From NCBI RefSeq assembly GCF_009914755.1, contig NC_060927.1: a DNA stretch of 64,000 bases. One strand, written 5' to 3'. The first letter of the stretch is position 1, and each line of letters starts with the position of its first letter. This document shows positions 40,881 through 52,761 of the stretch, in pieces. The notes under the pieces are model-generated. The model ran no database searches, was not told where the DNA came from, and was given only the letters and a program-made list of their open reading frames with translations. Both the position numbers and the translations under genes were made by a program. Source of the stretch: the human T2T-CHM13v2.0 reference genome, Homo sapiens.

Positions 40881-41314
40881 TTAGTAGCAGATACTACCAA
40901 TACTCTGCTTGTACCTTCTTGGCACTTACTTTTCTAGAGCATGTCAACAGTGTCCTGGGACACTCTACTTGAGAACTTCCTTTTGGCCTGTAGTGGAACA
41001 GACCAGAAGTGCCAAGAAATCAATGTTTCAAGGAACAGCCCTTAGCCAATACAAATAAGAACTGGAGGTTAGATAGTTTAGCTTCCTGACATGTTGAGTG
41101 GAATAACTCCACGGCATGTTCTACACTGTGTCCCAGAGTCCTCAGTGGAACTGAGCCTCAGTTCTCCACAGGAATAACTTATTCAGTGATGCAAACTTAC
41201 TGGCTCACTCTTTATCCCTACTGATTTATTCTACTGATTTTCTCTGGGATCAATTCCAAAATGAACTACTTGTACACAAGTTCTTGCGTTGTGATATGCT
41301 TCTTAAGAAAGACA
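40881..41314 (+). mobile_element. LTR16A-like ERVL solo LTR
   Basis: 'gtagcagatact...cagcccttagccaat...gcatgttctacactgtgtcccagagt...tgggatcaattccaaaatgaactacttg...aagaca'. Confidence 0.7.
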
Positions 41315-41499
41315 AATAGGCACCTATTCTAAAAGATGTGTGTTGGGACTTAAGAGTTGTAGTATGAAAGGCTAATTAAGGAATTTGGTGAGTTATGCTA
41401 TGACATTATGATGTTAATTTCCTGGGTAGCCACAGAGAGGAAAAGATCAGATGAACCTGGCAGAAAATCAGTAACATCAGTGCTTTGTAGAAACAAAAT

Positions 41500-42900
41500 T
41501 CCCGGTGGGCTGGTGGCCGAGGCTGTTGGAATAGGTTTTATAGAAGGTTGAGCCTGGCAGGTTCATTGAAGTGTGAACTGAGAGGAGGTGAAGACATTTT
41601 AGAAAGTGATGACTGTGACAGTGGCATGAACATGTAAGTCATGTTTGGAGTAACAAACTATCTGGAGCAACACTCTATCTGGATGTTGAAATTATATGGA
41701 AAGGAACAAAAAATAAACCTTGCAATGTCAGTTGGAATGACATTAGACTCTCAAATGAGAGACTAAGAAGTTTTAACTTTGTCTAGTAGATGGTAGAGAG
41801 GCATTGAATATTTTTCAGCAAGGAGAAGTCATATAGTAAAAGCATGCTTTTAGAAAGACAAATCTAGTGTCATTGTGGAGAGTCAATCGAGGCTTAAAGT
41901 AGAAGCTTCTTGATTTAGTTTTAGTGGCTCTGACATAAATTAACTAAATCCTAAAAAATGGTTCGTGATAATGGGAATGAAAAAGACAACATAAATTCAA
42001 GAACTCTTAGATAAATACAATAGAATCTGGTGACACTGATAATGGGAGTTGAAAGAGAGATAAATGGGTCAAAGTTGTTCTGTCTTTGAGGAAACTGATT
42101 TTAAAGGTGATCATAACATTAACAAAAGTAAATGAAAATGAACTGTGGGGGAGGTGAAATCTTAGAGTAAAACAATTAATTCATTTAATTTAAAAGAAAA
42201 CTTTTTTTTTGAGGTAGAATCTCGCTCTGTTGCCCAGGCTGGAGTACAGTGGCACCGTCCCGGCTCACTGCAACCTCCACCTCCCAGGTTCACGCCATTC
42301 TCCTACCTCAGCCTCTTGAATAGCAGGGACTATAGGCGCCCACCACCACGCCCGGCTAATTTTTTATATTTTTAGTAGAGGCAGGGTTTCACTGTGTTAG
42401 TCAGGATGGTCTTGATCTCCTGACCTTGTGATCTGCCCGCCTTGGCTTCCCAGAGTGCTGGGATTACAGGCGTGAGCCACCACGCCCAGCCCATTTAATT
42501 TCATGCATGGTAATTTAAACTTTGATTCTTCTTGTGATGATTAATAGTTACACATCCATATTCAGCAGATATTTTAAGATTTGGCACTGGAACTCAGGAG
42601 ACGGTTTGGACTGTTAATTTATACCTGGGAGTCATCTTCTTAGAGGTAATACGTAAAGCTTTGACCGTGAATAAGTTCACAAAGGAGAAAAGTTAGAAGA
42701 GTTAAGAACACAGAACCAAGAAGTAAGGCCTGAAAAATAACCTAATTTAGGGAGAATACAGAAAAAAGGATGCAGGAAGTGAGACAAGAGACAAGGTACA
42801 ATCAGAAGGGACAAGGAATCTAAGGGAAAGATGATTGTAATGAGGAGGGGGTAAACACCATTAGAGGCTTCAAAAGCCAAGGAGGAAGAAACTCCTTAGA
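41500..42900 (-). mobile_element. L2 LINE (degenerate), interrupted by an Alu
   Basis: 'ctaagaagttttaactttgtctagtagatggtagagaggcattgaa...ttttagaaagacaaatctag' and 'ctggaactcaggagacggtttggactg...ctgggagtcatc'. Confidence 0.6.
42202..42491 (-). mobile_element. AluY-like
   Basis: 'ggttcacgccattctcc', 'gtgttagtcaggatggtcttgatctcc'; TSD catttaattt (42182-42191 and 42492-42501). Confidence 0.93.
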
Positions 42901-43340
42901 GCCATAGAAGAGACAATATATTATCTAGAATTAAGTGGGCTCTCTGAAGCCTGGTTGGGACGCTGAGTTTTATACACACAGGGAATAATCTACAACAACA
43001 TAATCATATGCTGAAGTATTTGAGCAACACTATATAGGCTCTGTGAGAGCAGGAAGGTGAAGGACATAATCTGGAGGTCTTAGAAGTAGGGACAAGTATA
43101 AGGTATAACTTCAGCATGAGCTTTACAAAAGAGGGGAAGGAAAGTTTGCAAGGGACCACCATGATTAAAATCATTGAGGAAAGACTAATGCCCCTTGGGA
43201 ACGTAAGTAAACTAAGAGGTGAGGGTATTTACAAACTTGTTTATGCATAAATTTAAATCCTCTCTCCTAATCTAACTGTGAAAACAGATAAGAGACAACC
43301 ATGTAACTACAAGGGCTAGTCCTGAAATAACTACTTACAG

Positions 43341-43417
43341 AAACAACCAAAGTGAAAGTGTTTGATTTTAGTGACCGTAGTTGCAGAGCAGAAACCGAGA
43401 CACTTTCAAGGCCAAAG
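43341..43417 (+). ncRNA. Candidate exon of a + strand (antisense) spliced transcript
   Basis: Acceptor ...ctacttacag| (weak pyrimidine tract) and consensus donor AAG|GTAAGT at 43418. Confidence 0.35.
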
Positions 43418-43438
43418 GTAAGTTTTGTGGTGGGCTCA

Positions 43439-43444
43439 TTTATT
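43439..43444 (-). terminator. Candidate poly(A) signal (AATAAA on minus)
   Basis: tttatt on +; the first AATAAA I found downstream of the stop at 43901, giving a 3' UTR of about 460 nt. Confidence 0.35.
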
Positions 43445-43900
43445 CTTTGAAGTGACTGTGTATGGCATACAAATAACAGGATTTTTTACATAAATACAGG
43501 GCTTACGTACTTCGAACCAAGCACAAATGTCTATTTTTACAAAAGTCCACTGTTACTTCTCCAACACAGGTTTGTCCTGGGGAGGTATGCAGTATGCATA
43601 CCTTTGTAATGCTGTATCTGCAGATCTCATTGAACTATTGAACTATTGAATCATGTGGACAGCGTACATGGTAGGGTGGTGATGGAGAATGTTAATGGGG
43701 AAAGATAGACCACCAAATAAGTTTGGCTACCTTAAGAAGGCTGTATTCTCCAGTTTTTGGTTTACATATTTTAAATCGTTAACTACCATTAAATCACAGA
43801 TTTAAATTTTCTTTTCACTTTCCTAATATTTTTAAGGTCATTGTGAGAGAAATGGCCCACTTAGAGCATTTAAATCACTGAGGTTTTTGCTTTCTTTTGG

Positions 43901-44212
43901 TTATCCCAAGATGCTCAAACCTGGGATATTTTCTTCAGAAAATTCTTCTTTTAAGTATTTAATGGTATCAGAATCTACCCCAATGGGAAACACAATCATA
44001 GATAAAAGTTTCTTCCCCACTGGGTTTCCTGAATATAATGGCAATGCGATTAGCACATTTTCCCAGTGATTGAGTTGGCATGTGCCCATAGATTTATAAA
44101 TAGAATTTATTGTGAAAGTCACTGTGCTACTGGGGTAAGTGGCTATTGCAATTTGAGGATAGAAAGTGTTCTCTGAAAAGAAACTATTATATGCCTTATA
44201 TGCCATGGCCAT
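43901..44212 (-). CDS. Probable 3'-terminal coding exon of an unidentified minus-strand gene (C-terminus ...KEEFSEENIPGLSILG)
   Basis: On minus: branch-point-like CTCAC (44246-44242), tract TGTATCTTCTGTCCTTCTTTGTCCTC and AG (44214-44213) directly abut 103 open codons in phase 0 ending in TAA. The translation has globular-protein-like composition and lies in unique sequence. No upstream exon found in the window; gene not recognised. Confidence 0.6.
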   Translation of the reverse strand: MAMAYKAYNSFFSENTFYPQIAIATYPSSTVTFTINSIYKSMGTCQLNHWENVLIALPLYSGNPVGKKLLSMIVFPIGVDSDTIKYLKEEFSEENIPGLSILG

Positions 44213-44976
44213 CTGAGGACAAAGAAGGACAGAAGATACAAGTGAGTTTTGTTTTCAGTGAATTCTACCCTATGCACAGTTATGAACAACCAGATATATT
44301 TAACATTTAAAAAATGCATATTTTCCTACCCCTCTATTTTCAGTTATGTAGGTAGAGCAGGTTAGGGGTGAATGATGATTTCGAATCCTTCACCATTTTG
44401 CTCTTTAGAAAGTAGAATGGTGACCTGTATAAATGTATCCAGATTCCTGCTGATGTCTCCCAGGACAGCAATAGACTTACGGAGTTTAAAGACTAGTTAG
44501 AGTTGAGAAGCAGCCTGTGCCTTAATCCAATCCTTGTAAACTAAGATTTTTGTTTACTGCCTTCAGATGAGACTAATGGTAAATTTCTAAGGTGAACACT
44601 ATGATAAAAGGACATTTATATAATTGAAAATATCACTGTTGCTGTCACCACTAAAATATATCTTATTTCTAAAGGCTGGAGTTGCATCTTGCAACTAGAA
44701 AAAAAACTGTTTTCAATAAGATCAATTTCAAAGAGCCTTTGTGCTTTGTGATCCGGTCAAAATTCGAATAGTGAGAAAATACTTTTATCCCATTCAGAAC
44801 GGTATTTGATGCAGTATTTGAACAGTATTTGATGCATCCTCTTAAGCCATCAGCCATTTCTCTTAATCAGCTGAGTCCTGTGCCTTGGTCATACATGAGA
44901 ATACATGCTGCGATATATTGCTGGCTCAGGTTTAATAAAGAGCTGTCTTCACATTGCATTTCTTTCTTTTTGATAG

Positions 44977-45150
44977 TCTAGCTCCACAGTGAGAGCCTAT
45001 CAAACTAGTAAGTCACGAGTGACCATGAGCCCTGGCTTCAGCTCCCAGTGGAACAGCAGCCAACCAGCCTGGAATACATACTCCTTTCCAAGAGCCAGCC
45101 TGCACTACCAGTCCCATGCCAGCTATACCTACTGTACTGGACACCCTGCT
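44977..45150 (+). ncRNA. Candidate 174-nt exon of the + strand transcript
   Basis: Acceptor tttctttctttttgatag| (alternative ctccacag| at 44990) and donor GCT|GTAAGT at 45151; GC-richer than its flanks; open in phase 0. Confidence 0.45.
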
Positions 45151-46339
45151 GTAAGTACCTTATTTTTCTGTATTTTGAAAATTGGATGATTTATGCAGTT
45201 ACATTTTCAATCTAGCGTGGGTATCTATTAATTGGGCTTTTTTTCTAATGATATAATGCTTCTAAGGTAAGAATTTGCTGCTCTTGAGTAAAAGAGATAA
45301 GAATTTAAAAAGTCTCTTAAGTGTTTAAGTAACATGTTTGGATGATTTTTGCTGAAAACTGATATTGCACTAAAAGTTATTTCTAAGTGATGTAGTGTTG
45401 GTGTGGAGACTGGATGCACATGTATCTCTAGTTTTATTCTTCTGGTTTCCTTTTGACTGTTGCTTATGAATTTAGTTGGTTGCTTTTGTGCTGAGACAGG
45501 ATGTCTTTCAAAATGACATAAGAAGCCAGTGGCGGGGGGGATCATGGATGCCCCCACTTTCATCAGTGGCCTCGTTGACATATTTATACAGACATAAATA
45601 TGTAGAAATCGATTCATCAGTAGGGTGTTTTTCAGTTACTATTACACAGATATCTGAGGTTGTTGGCATAGATGACTCAAAGGGCAAGGGAAATAAACCT
45701 CTAATAAGGGAAAAATGAACTCATGGAATTTGAAGACCTTTTAGAGTAGGGTACGTATTTCACCAATATGTTTTTCTGTTTTGATTCAATTCTTATGGAG
45801 TAAAATTTTTCTTTGATTGCAAATTACCTTTTGTATACTTGAAAAACGTCATGATTAATGTTGATTGGTAAGATCTCTCTTTACTGCTAAGAACCCACGC
45901 ACAGGATTCCTAGAAAATGAAAGACCTTTGAAAGTGAATCACATATGCCTCTCGTAGCAAATCGTCTAATTGGTGAGTCACAGTAGACATGGATTCTGCA
46001 GCCATTTCATTCAGAAGACCTATTGTAGACTTCTGTACTTCAGCTATCCTGCTGGCATTTTAAGGTTATGGAACTATAAAGTACACAGTGCTTCTAAGTT
46101 GAGAGAATGTGTCTCAAATATCATGTCATAATTTCACTTAAAAGAAGACTCGAGGAATTCACTTAAAATGTAAATTAGTATGACTTTTTTCATAGGCAAT
46201 TTGGAAATAACTATCAAAATTGCACATACTTTTGACTCAATAATTAAACTTTTGGCATTTAATCGGACATGTACAGGATATATGCACAAGGATAGTGTTG
46301 ACAACAGTTTTGAAATTACTTGGACCTCAATAACCATAT

Positions 46340-47065
46340 TTTCTTTTCATTTATCTTTTAACAAATACTTATTAAGCATTATTAACCATTTAATATGTTC
46401 GGTATTTTTCTAGGTGAAAGAAATCCAAGAGTGAACAAGACCAAGTCTTGCTCTTATGGAACTTCTATTCTAGGGAATGGGGAAGTTGGTTATTATATAA
46501 AAAAAATATAAATACAAAGAAGCAAACAAGAAAGAAAATTATACCACAGTGTTATATGCTAAGCAAAATAAATTCTACACAGAGACTTAAAATAAATAGA
46601 AGTAACAGAGAATAACTGGGTGGCTACTTGTGATTGTGTGGTCCACCAAGTCCTCATTCAGGAGGCCGGGTTTTATCTGAGATCTGAATGAAAAAGAGAT
46701 GTAACTAGTCAGAGTTTGGGAGGATGAGCATTATAAGCAGAGGAAACAGCTAGTGTGAAGGATCTGAGGCAGCAGTGAGCCTGGTTCCCTACACAGGGAG
46801 AAAGTCATTGGAACTTAGGAGAGAATAGAGAGATAAAGTCAGAGAGAGAGAGACAGGGACCACTTTATTCAGATTGAAAAGTAGCACTTTGTCATACCAA
46901 GTAAGGAGTTTGTATTTTATTTAACTGCGATGGAAAACTATCAGAGTGTTTTAAGCAAGGAAATAACATGACATAATTTTTTTAGGACTCAGTCTGACTG
47001 CTAAGTGGAAAATTTCTGGTGGAGTAATAGGAAGTAAAGCACAGAGTCAAATTAGGAGAGTATTA
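46340..47065 (-). mobile_element. L2 LINE fragment
   Basis: 'ttcatttatcttttaacaaatacttattaagca...gtgaacaagaccaagtcttgctcttatggaacttctattctag...gtaaggagtttgtattttat'. Confidence 0.75.
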
Positions 47066-47339
47066 CACACACATATGTGTGACTGCAAAAAAATACATTT
47101 TCTTGTAATATCCTTTGACCTATTTGGTGTTCAAAATATATGGAACCTGTATTTATAATGAAAAACCAAGTTGCATTTATTTTGCATAAATTTTTCTTTA
47201 GTAACCAGTTTCATATCTAGTATGTCTCATTAGTTTCTTCTTGAGTAGTTATTTGTCAAGCCAGAAGTTGACAAATTGTAATTTAATAAAGTATTTCAAT
47301 TCATATTCTTATTGGCTTCAAGGTCATCTAAAAGTAGCT

Positions 47340-47396
47340 GACATTAATTGAGCACTTAATGTTTTCCAAGCTCTGTACTAAGTACTTTTACATGAA

Positions 47397-47438
<42 letters not shown>

Positions 47439-47600
47439 TTTTCAGAACAGTCCTAGGAGGTAGGTACTATTATTATCATTTTAAGGGTTAGTGAAATGAA
47501 GTTCAGAAAAATTAAGTATCTTTTCTTAAGTTACACGACCAGAAGTGGGGCCTGAGATTCAAACATTGGCTGTCTAGCCTCCCACTAGTATTCTTATCCA
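47340..47600 (-). mobile_element. MIR SINE containing a (CA)n microsatellite
   Basis: 'taattgagcactta...ctaagtactttacatg' and 'ggaggtaggtactattattatcattttaa...tgaagttcaga'. Confidence 0.75.
47400..47436 (+). repeat. (CA)n microsatellite, about 18 units
   Basis: Uninterrupted CA run. Confidence 0.97.
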
Positions 47601-48762
47601 TTGTATTATATTGCCCCTTGACATTGAATCACTGTGTCTTTATTTACATGCCAAGGACAGTTACATGATTATATCTCAGAAAGAACCCTTGCTAATAATT
47701 TAGTTTAGATGTTCATGTTACTCTTTAGAGAAATATTTGCATTTATAGGATACTTGATTTTAGGTCTGGGGGTAGGAGGAAACAATAGGTGCTATCATGT
47801 CTTAGAAACCACTAGGAAAATTACAGGTTATCTAGCTACTTTTTGTGCTTTAAGGCCCAGCAGCTGATACTTTCTTTTGTCTCGCTGCTGTGAGTCAAGT
47901 GAGTCAAGTAAGAAAAGTAGAAGTAAAAGATTAGAAAATCCTTAAGAAATAGTCATGGGCTTCACACTTCTGATTTCAAGGACACTCTGAGGATCAACTT
48001 TAAAGCCTACTTGGAATTCTTTCATTATCCCAACATTATAACTTTCTTTCAAATTTTCTTTCCATGCCTGAACAGATGGCATTAAACTCTTGACTCACAG
48101 ATCAGTGCTCATTTAACTCTGCTACTGCTTTGTGAAAGGAATTATATAATCTAAAAATACATCAGAGGTTCAATATAGGGAGACTTTGAGGGCTGGGTTT
48201 GGAAGACAACATGCAAAAATGTTGACTATTTCATAGTTTTTACTTGAGTCCATTTTTCAAGAGAAATATTTGGGGCTTCAAAATGTGAGAGTGGATTCCA
48301 TAGTTGCTATGCAGTCTAAGATCCACAGTGGTTTCGTGGTTAAAACCACAGAAATGGAATTCTTGTCTGAATAGATTCCCAGTGATTTTCTTGAGTCACA
48401 TAATTTAGTAGCCTTTAATGGAGCTATAAATCCTCTGCCTGCCTTGTGAAACTCATGTCCTTTTCTCCAAGTCACTAGTTTGATTGAAGATTTCCAGTTT
48501 TTTAACTGGATATCCTGGAGTTACAAGGGTGTCAGCCAATGTGGTATTTGTGTAGTAAGTATATGTGACTCAAAGGCTTCCCCTTTGCCTCTATTCCCCT
48601 GCTTCTGAGGAATCCTGATATCCCATGAATGTGTGGTTAGTTAACTTGAAATTGGTAACCTTGAGATTTTATTCTAGGATTTAATCTAGATTTTATCTCA
48701 GAATGCAGTTAGGCCTCTCCCTGACCAAGTAAGGATTTTCTCAGAGCTCTTTTGTACATCAC

Positions 48763-49274
48763 TGTATTAGTTTCCTATGACTGCTGTAACAAATTACCGC
48801 TGACATTGAGCTAAAAACAACATGTCTATCTTTTATAGTTCTGGAGGTTGGAAGGCTGAAATGAGTTTCACTGAGCTGAAATCAAGGTGTTGGTAAGGCT
48901 GTGCTCCCTCACGAGGCTCCAGAGGAGAATCTATTTCTTGGCCTTTTCCAGCTTCCAGAGCTATATTTATTGCATATCTTGGCTCATAGGCCCTTCTTCA
49001 TCTTCAAGGCCAGCAGCATAGCATCTTCACATCTATCTCTGCTCCATCTTCAGATCACCTTCCCTATCTATAGTCAAATCTCTCTCTGCTTCCCTTTTAC
49101 AAGCTCACTTGTTATTTCATTTAAGGGCCCACCTGGCTAATCCAGGATAATCTCCCTGTCTAAATATTTTTAAGTTAGTCACATCTGCAAATTTTATTTT
49201 GCCATATAAAGTCATACTCACAGGTTCTGGGGATTAGGTCATAGACATCCTGGTGAACCATTATTCACCTTACA
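48763..49274 (-). mobile_element. MLT1D MaLR solo LTR
   Basis: 'tgtattagtttcctatgactgctgtaacaaattacc...gagtttcactgagctgaaatcaaggtgttgg...ccttttccagcttccagag...cacaggttctggggattagg'. Confidence 0.88.
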
Positions 49275-51327
49275 CTGATCATAATATTCCGTGACTCAAT
49301 GACTAATTTCTGAGTCATTAGGTAAGTATTTGGGGCTTCTTGAAATTAATGAGGCTTATCTTACTGAGGGAGATAATATGAGAGGGATTCTTTGAGTGAT
49401 GGAGGATGAAATCCCTGTGGCAATTCAAAATTATTGAAACTCACAAATATAAGTTTGATTTTCCAGAAATCCACTGTATTTCCACTTCTAAAATGACGTC
49501 AGTGTTAACTATCCCCTTGGTAACTACTCCAATACATATCTTAAAAGAAAATAAAAAGACAGGATTACTAAAGCTCTACTAATGTTTTATTCACTGCACT
49601 AGAATTTCCAGGCATCTAGAATGCCCTCACCAGCTTGGATAATATTCAAGAAGTGGCAAAAAGTAATATTCAAAATATTCAAGTAATGAAATATTACAAC
49701 TTTTTAGCCACATATTAAATACGGAAATACCTTTTATTATCCAAGGAAACTACTAATATATAAGTGAATTTATATAGTGATATTATTTGTAGTACATTTT
49801 ATTCCAAAAATCATTCCACAAGTTTCCAAATAGTATATGGACTAGTGTGTTGGTGTGATCTGTCATTTGACACTTCTGTTACTAGCTAAATGATAACTCT
49901 ATCTGCTTCATGACTTAACATCACTTAACATGGAATAACATCGAATTTCCAACAACTTTCTATTAATTGAGAACCATTATATGAGGATAATGTTAATTAA
50001 AAGGAAGAGGATTCATTTTCTGCCTTCATACTAGCTCTCTGGTCTCCCTGCATCTACTCCTCTCTTGCTCCTTTCTTTTCTCACATTTGAAATTTATAAT
50101 TTAAATGATCCTAGGGACGTGGAGAAAAAGAAGGGAATTAGAAAGAGATGGAAAGTAGATAGTAACGATCTGATCCTAGGTGCTGAGGCCAGGAGCCTGT
50201 GTACCTTCTTTTTTTTTTTTTTTTTTCCTTTTCCAGTGAGGAAGTACAATATGACTTTTCACCCCACTGAGGCTAATGAGGAGACAGTGCCCAAGTGTAG
50301 CCCACTTAATAAGGGAGACAAAGCAGAAAGAGGTAAAGAAAATAGAAAGAGGTAAAGAAAACCTCTGAGCAGGTGCTCAGAGGTTCATGCTGCCTGCAGG
50401 TAGTAGAGGCTTCTTCTAAGCCTTTGTCTATCCCTTCAGAAAATAGCAGGCACAAAGGAGAGGAAAAGTGGGAGGGCTGTACTAATTTTCTCTTTCAAAA
50501 AAAAAAAAAAAAAAAAAGATCTGAAAGGGGAAGGGTGCAGACCTAGTACTGTCTTGCTGAAAGAGTCTCTCCTTTAGTCATTAAATAGGTTTCCAGGAGA
50601 TTCCCTCCCTAGAAACTTGTTTACAAGCCTCAGAGACAACTGCCTTTCACCAAGAATTAGGTTGTCAAATGAAACAAGGGTTCCCAAACCTACCAGAAGG
50701 GACATTAGCCCACAGTAAAGGCATTTTCTGTGTATGTCTATGGCAACTGCCTATATCCCTGGCACCTAATAGCCTGAATAGCTGCTTCCTCAGCCCAGAC
50801 CATGCTTTTCCCCATGGATAGGGACATGTGTTTTTTGTTTTTGATTTTTTGTTTTTGAAGTGTATAGAAAAGATAGGAAGAGGTTGAAGTCTCCTTTCTT
50901 CTATATGAGGACCTTTATGCATCAAAGACCTACCAACTTTGCAAATAAATAGCAAATCCTCTGTCACAGGTCCTCTATCTCTGCGCTCCAATGCCTGAGC
51001 CAGAAAGATATCTTGGAATCACAGCTTACTTGTTCATAGTTTCTGAAATGATACACAAATGCTGGGATTTAGATTATTAATTTTCATTGGTTATTCCAAT
51101 TACTTTTATTCTATTTACTAATGTGTGGAAGTGTGTCAACACTTTAACAATTAGTATTTCTCTATACTAGCTTAATAATAGGTCTACCTAGACTCTTGGA
51201 GCTATGGAAAACTTTTCAAAAAGTACTGACAATAGACAGTTTTCAAAAGATAATGAACAGATCTCCAGATACTGTGAATTCTCTTTTGCAAACTGATTTG
51301 CCTGAAAACTCACCAGTATTACAATAG

Positions 51328-51449
51328 CTAAGGTCAACATATTCCCCAGTTTTCCTAGTTTATGCTTATTTCCTAGTATAGTTATTAATGATATCCCCTT
51401 TAACTCTAAAAAGTGTTTAGGTTTAGAAGTTATATTATATGGTCTCCCT
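51328..51449 (-). mobile_element. MER94-like hAT-Blackjack MITE
   Basis: 'ttattaatgatatcccctttaactctaaaaagtgt...ggtttag...attatatggtctccct' is the reverse complement of the MER94 5' end. Confidence 0.65.
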
Positions 51450-52149
51450 ACCACACTCCTTTACAAAAAAAAGGCCTATTCCTTGCACATAAATCTTACT
51501 GTGCTTCACTGCTTCAGGGTTTAAAATCTCTCCAGGGAGCACCAACAAAGGAGATGCCTCATGTAATGATTAATCAGGTACCATAAACCAATGGGGCTTC
51601 TAGTCTTTTCCAGCCATGTATGTATCTCTGTACTAAGGGAGAAGGAAAGTCTTTAACTTACATCTTTTGCAATTATTTAAACTTTTAATGAGATTTTTAG
51701 ATAACTGAGAAATGGGATACAGGGCATGTAATTTTTCAAAATTCTTCTAGGCATATGTGAACAGTTTGAAGACCTTGGCTCAATGGTAGTTTTCCTAAGC
51801 TTCCTTTTTTACATCATGGAGGCCACTTTTAGTGAAAGGAGCTGCTCAGAATTCACAACTCTTGCTGCCCCCAACTCTGCTCAATTTTCCCAAAGGCCAA
51901 GAGAATAAATACTCTGCACATCTGTATCTCTTTCATTGTATAGCACATCTAAGCCTATAATTTTTTCCCCTAACATAAGTCTCCAAGACTAAATAGACAA
52001 GGCAGATAATAACATGGTTGACTTCATTTAAGGTGGGTTAACAAACTTTATCAATTAAAATTATTTTGCTACTCATAACAGAACATCCAACTGACAGTGG
52101 CTTCTAATGGTAAGGTTTATATTAACTGCCTTAATAAAAAGCCTGGATG

Positions 52150-52761
52150 TAGGGGTGCACATTTATATTTGTCAAAGATGGCTGCAATAACACCACGCAT
52201 TCCACATTTCTGTCTGCAATACGATATTGCCATTTCCCAACCAAGAAATGGGGTCTCATAGCCCTGTTCTTGAAACTGGCTGGCCTTTGTATCTCACTTC
52301 TAATTGATAGAATGTGGTAGAAGTGATGCAGTGTGATTTTAGCTTTGAAAAAGCTATGCAGCTTCTATGTGGTTTTCTTGAAAAGCTTAGCTTCTGAATG
52401 CATTCTCTCTGGACACTGTCACCACACTCTTCCAATCACCATGCAATGAGGAAGCCCCAAGCCACATGGAGAGACCACATGTAGGTTCTCTGGGCAATAG
52501 TTTCTTGGGCCTACTTCTTGAGGTACCAGACATGAGTATGAATGACTCTCCAGATGATTACATTATCTAACTGTCTGAGCCACTTTCAGGTATCGGTGTC
52601 TTCCCATCTAAAGTCCTAGGAATGAGAGAGCAGAGATAAATCCTTCCCATTGTGTCCTACCTAAGTTTCTCTCCCACAGAAACAGTGATCATAACAAAAT
52701 GGCGGTAGTTTTAAGCTGCTAAACCTGGGATAGTTTATTTTTCAGCAATAGTAACTGGAAC
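52150..52761 (+). mobile_element. MLT1G-like MaLR LTR nested in an older MLT1K-like LTR (about 52060-52970)
   Basis: 'caaagatggctgcaa...atagaatgtggtagaagtgatg...gccacatggagagaccacatg...ttttaagctgctaaa...cagcaatagtaactggaaca'. Confidence 0.75.

Larger units (their letters stand above)
45673..49501. promoter_or_regulatory. Homotypic AP-1 motif cluster plus CRE (candidate enhancer)
   Basis: Perfect TGASTCA at 45673, 45974, 46233, 47891, 47900, 48091, 48392, 48566, 49292 and 49311; TGACTAA at 49300; TGACGTCA at 49494. Confidence 0.6.

Noticed and set aside
43901-44212. Loose resemblance of the peptide to IgGFc-binding N-terminal, SPRY or vWA motifs
   Set aside because: By-eye similarity over a few residues, and the candidates are mutually inconsistent; no domain or gene symbol can be assigned without a profile search.
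45228-45617. 129-aa minus-strand ORF upstream of the putative terminal exon
   Set aside because: No flanking splice signals found and the composition is not protein-like; this length is attainable by chance in 64 kb.
51029-51041. Possible 13-nt minus-strand microexon (CAG|...|GTAAGC)
   Set aside because: Poor pyrimidine tract and a frame-shifting length; such pairs are expected by chance.
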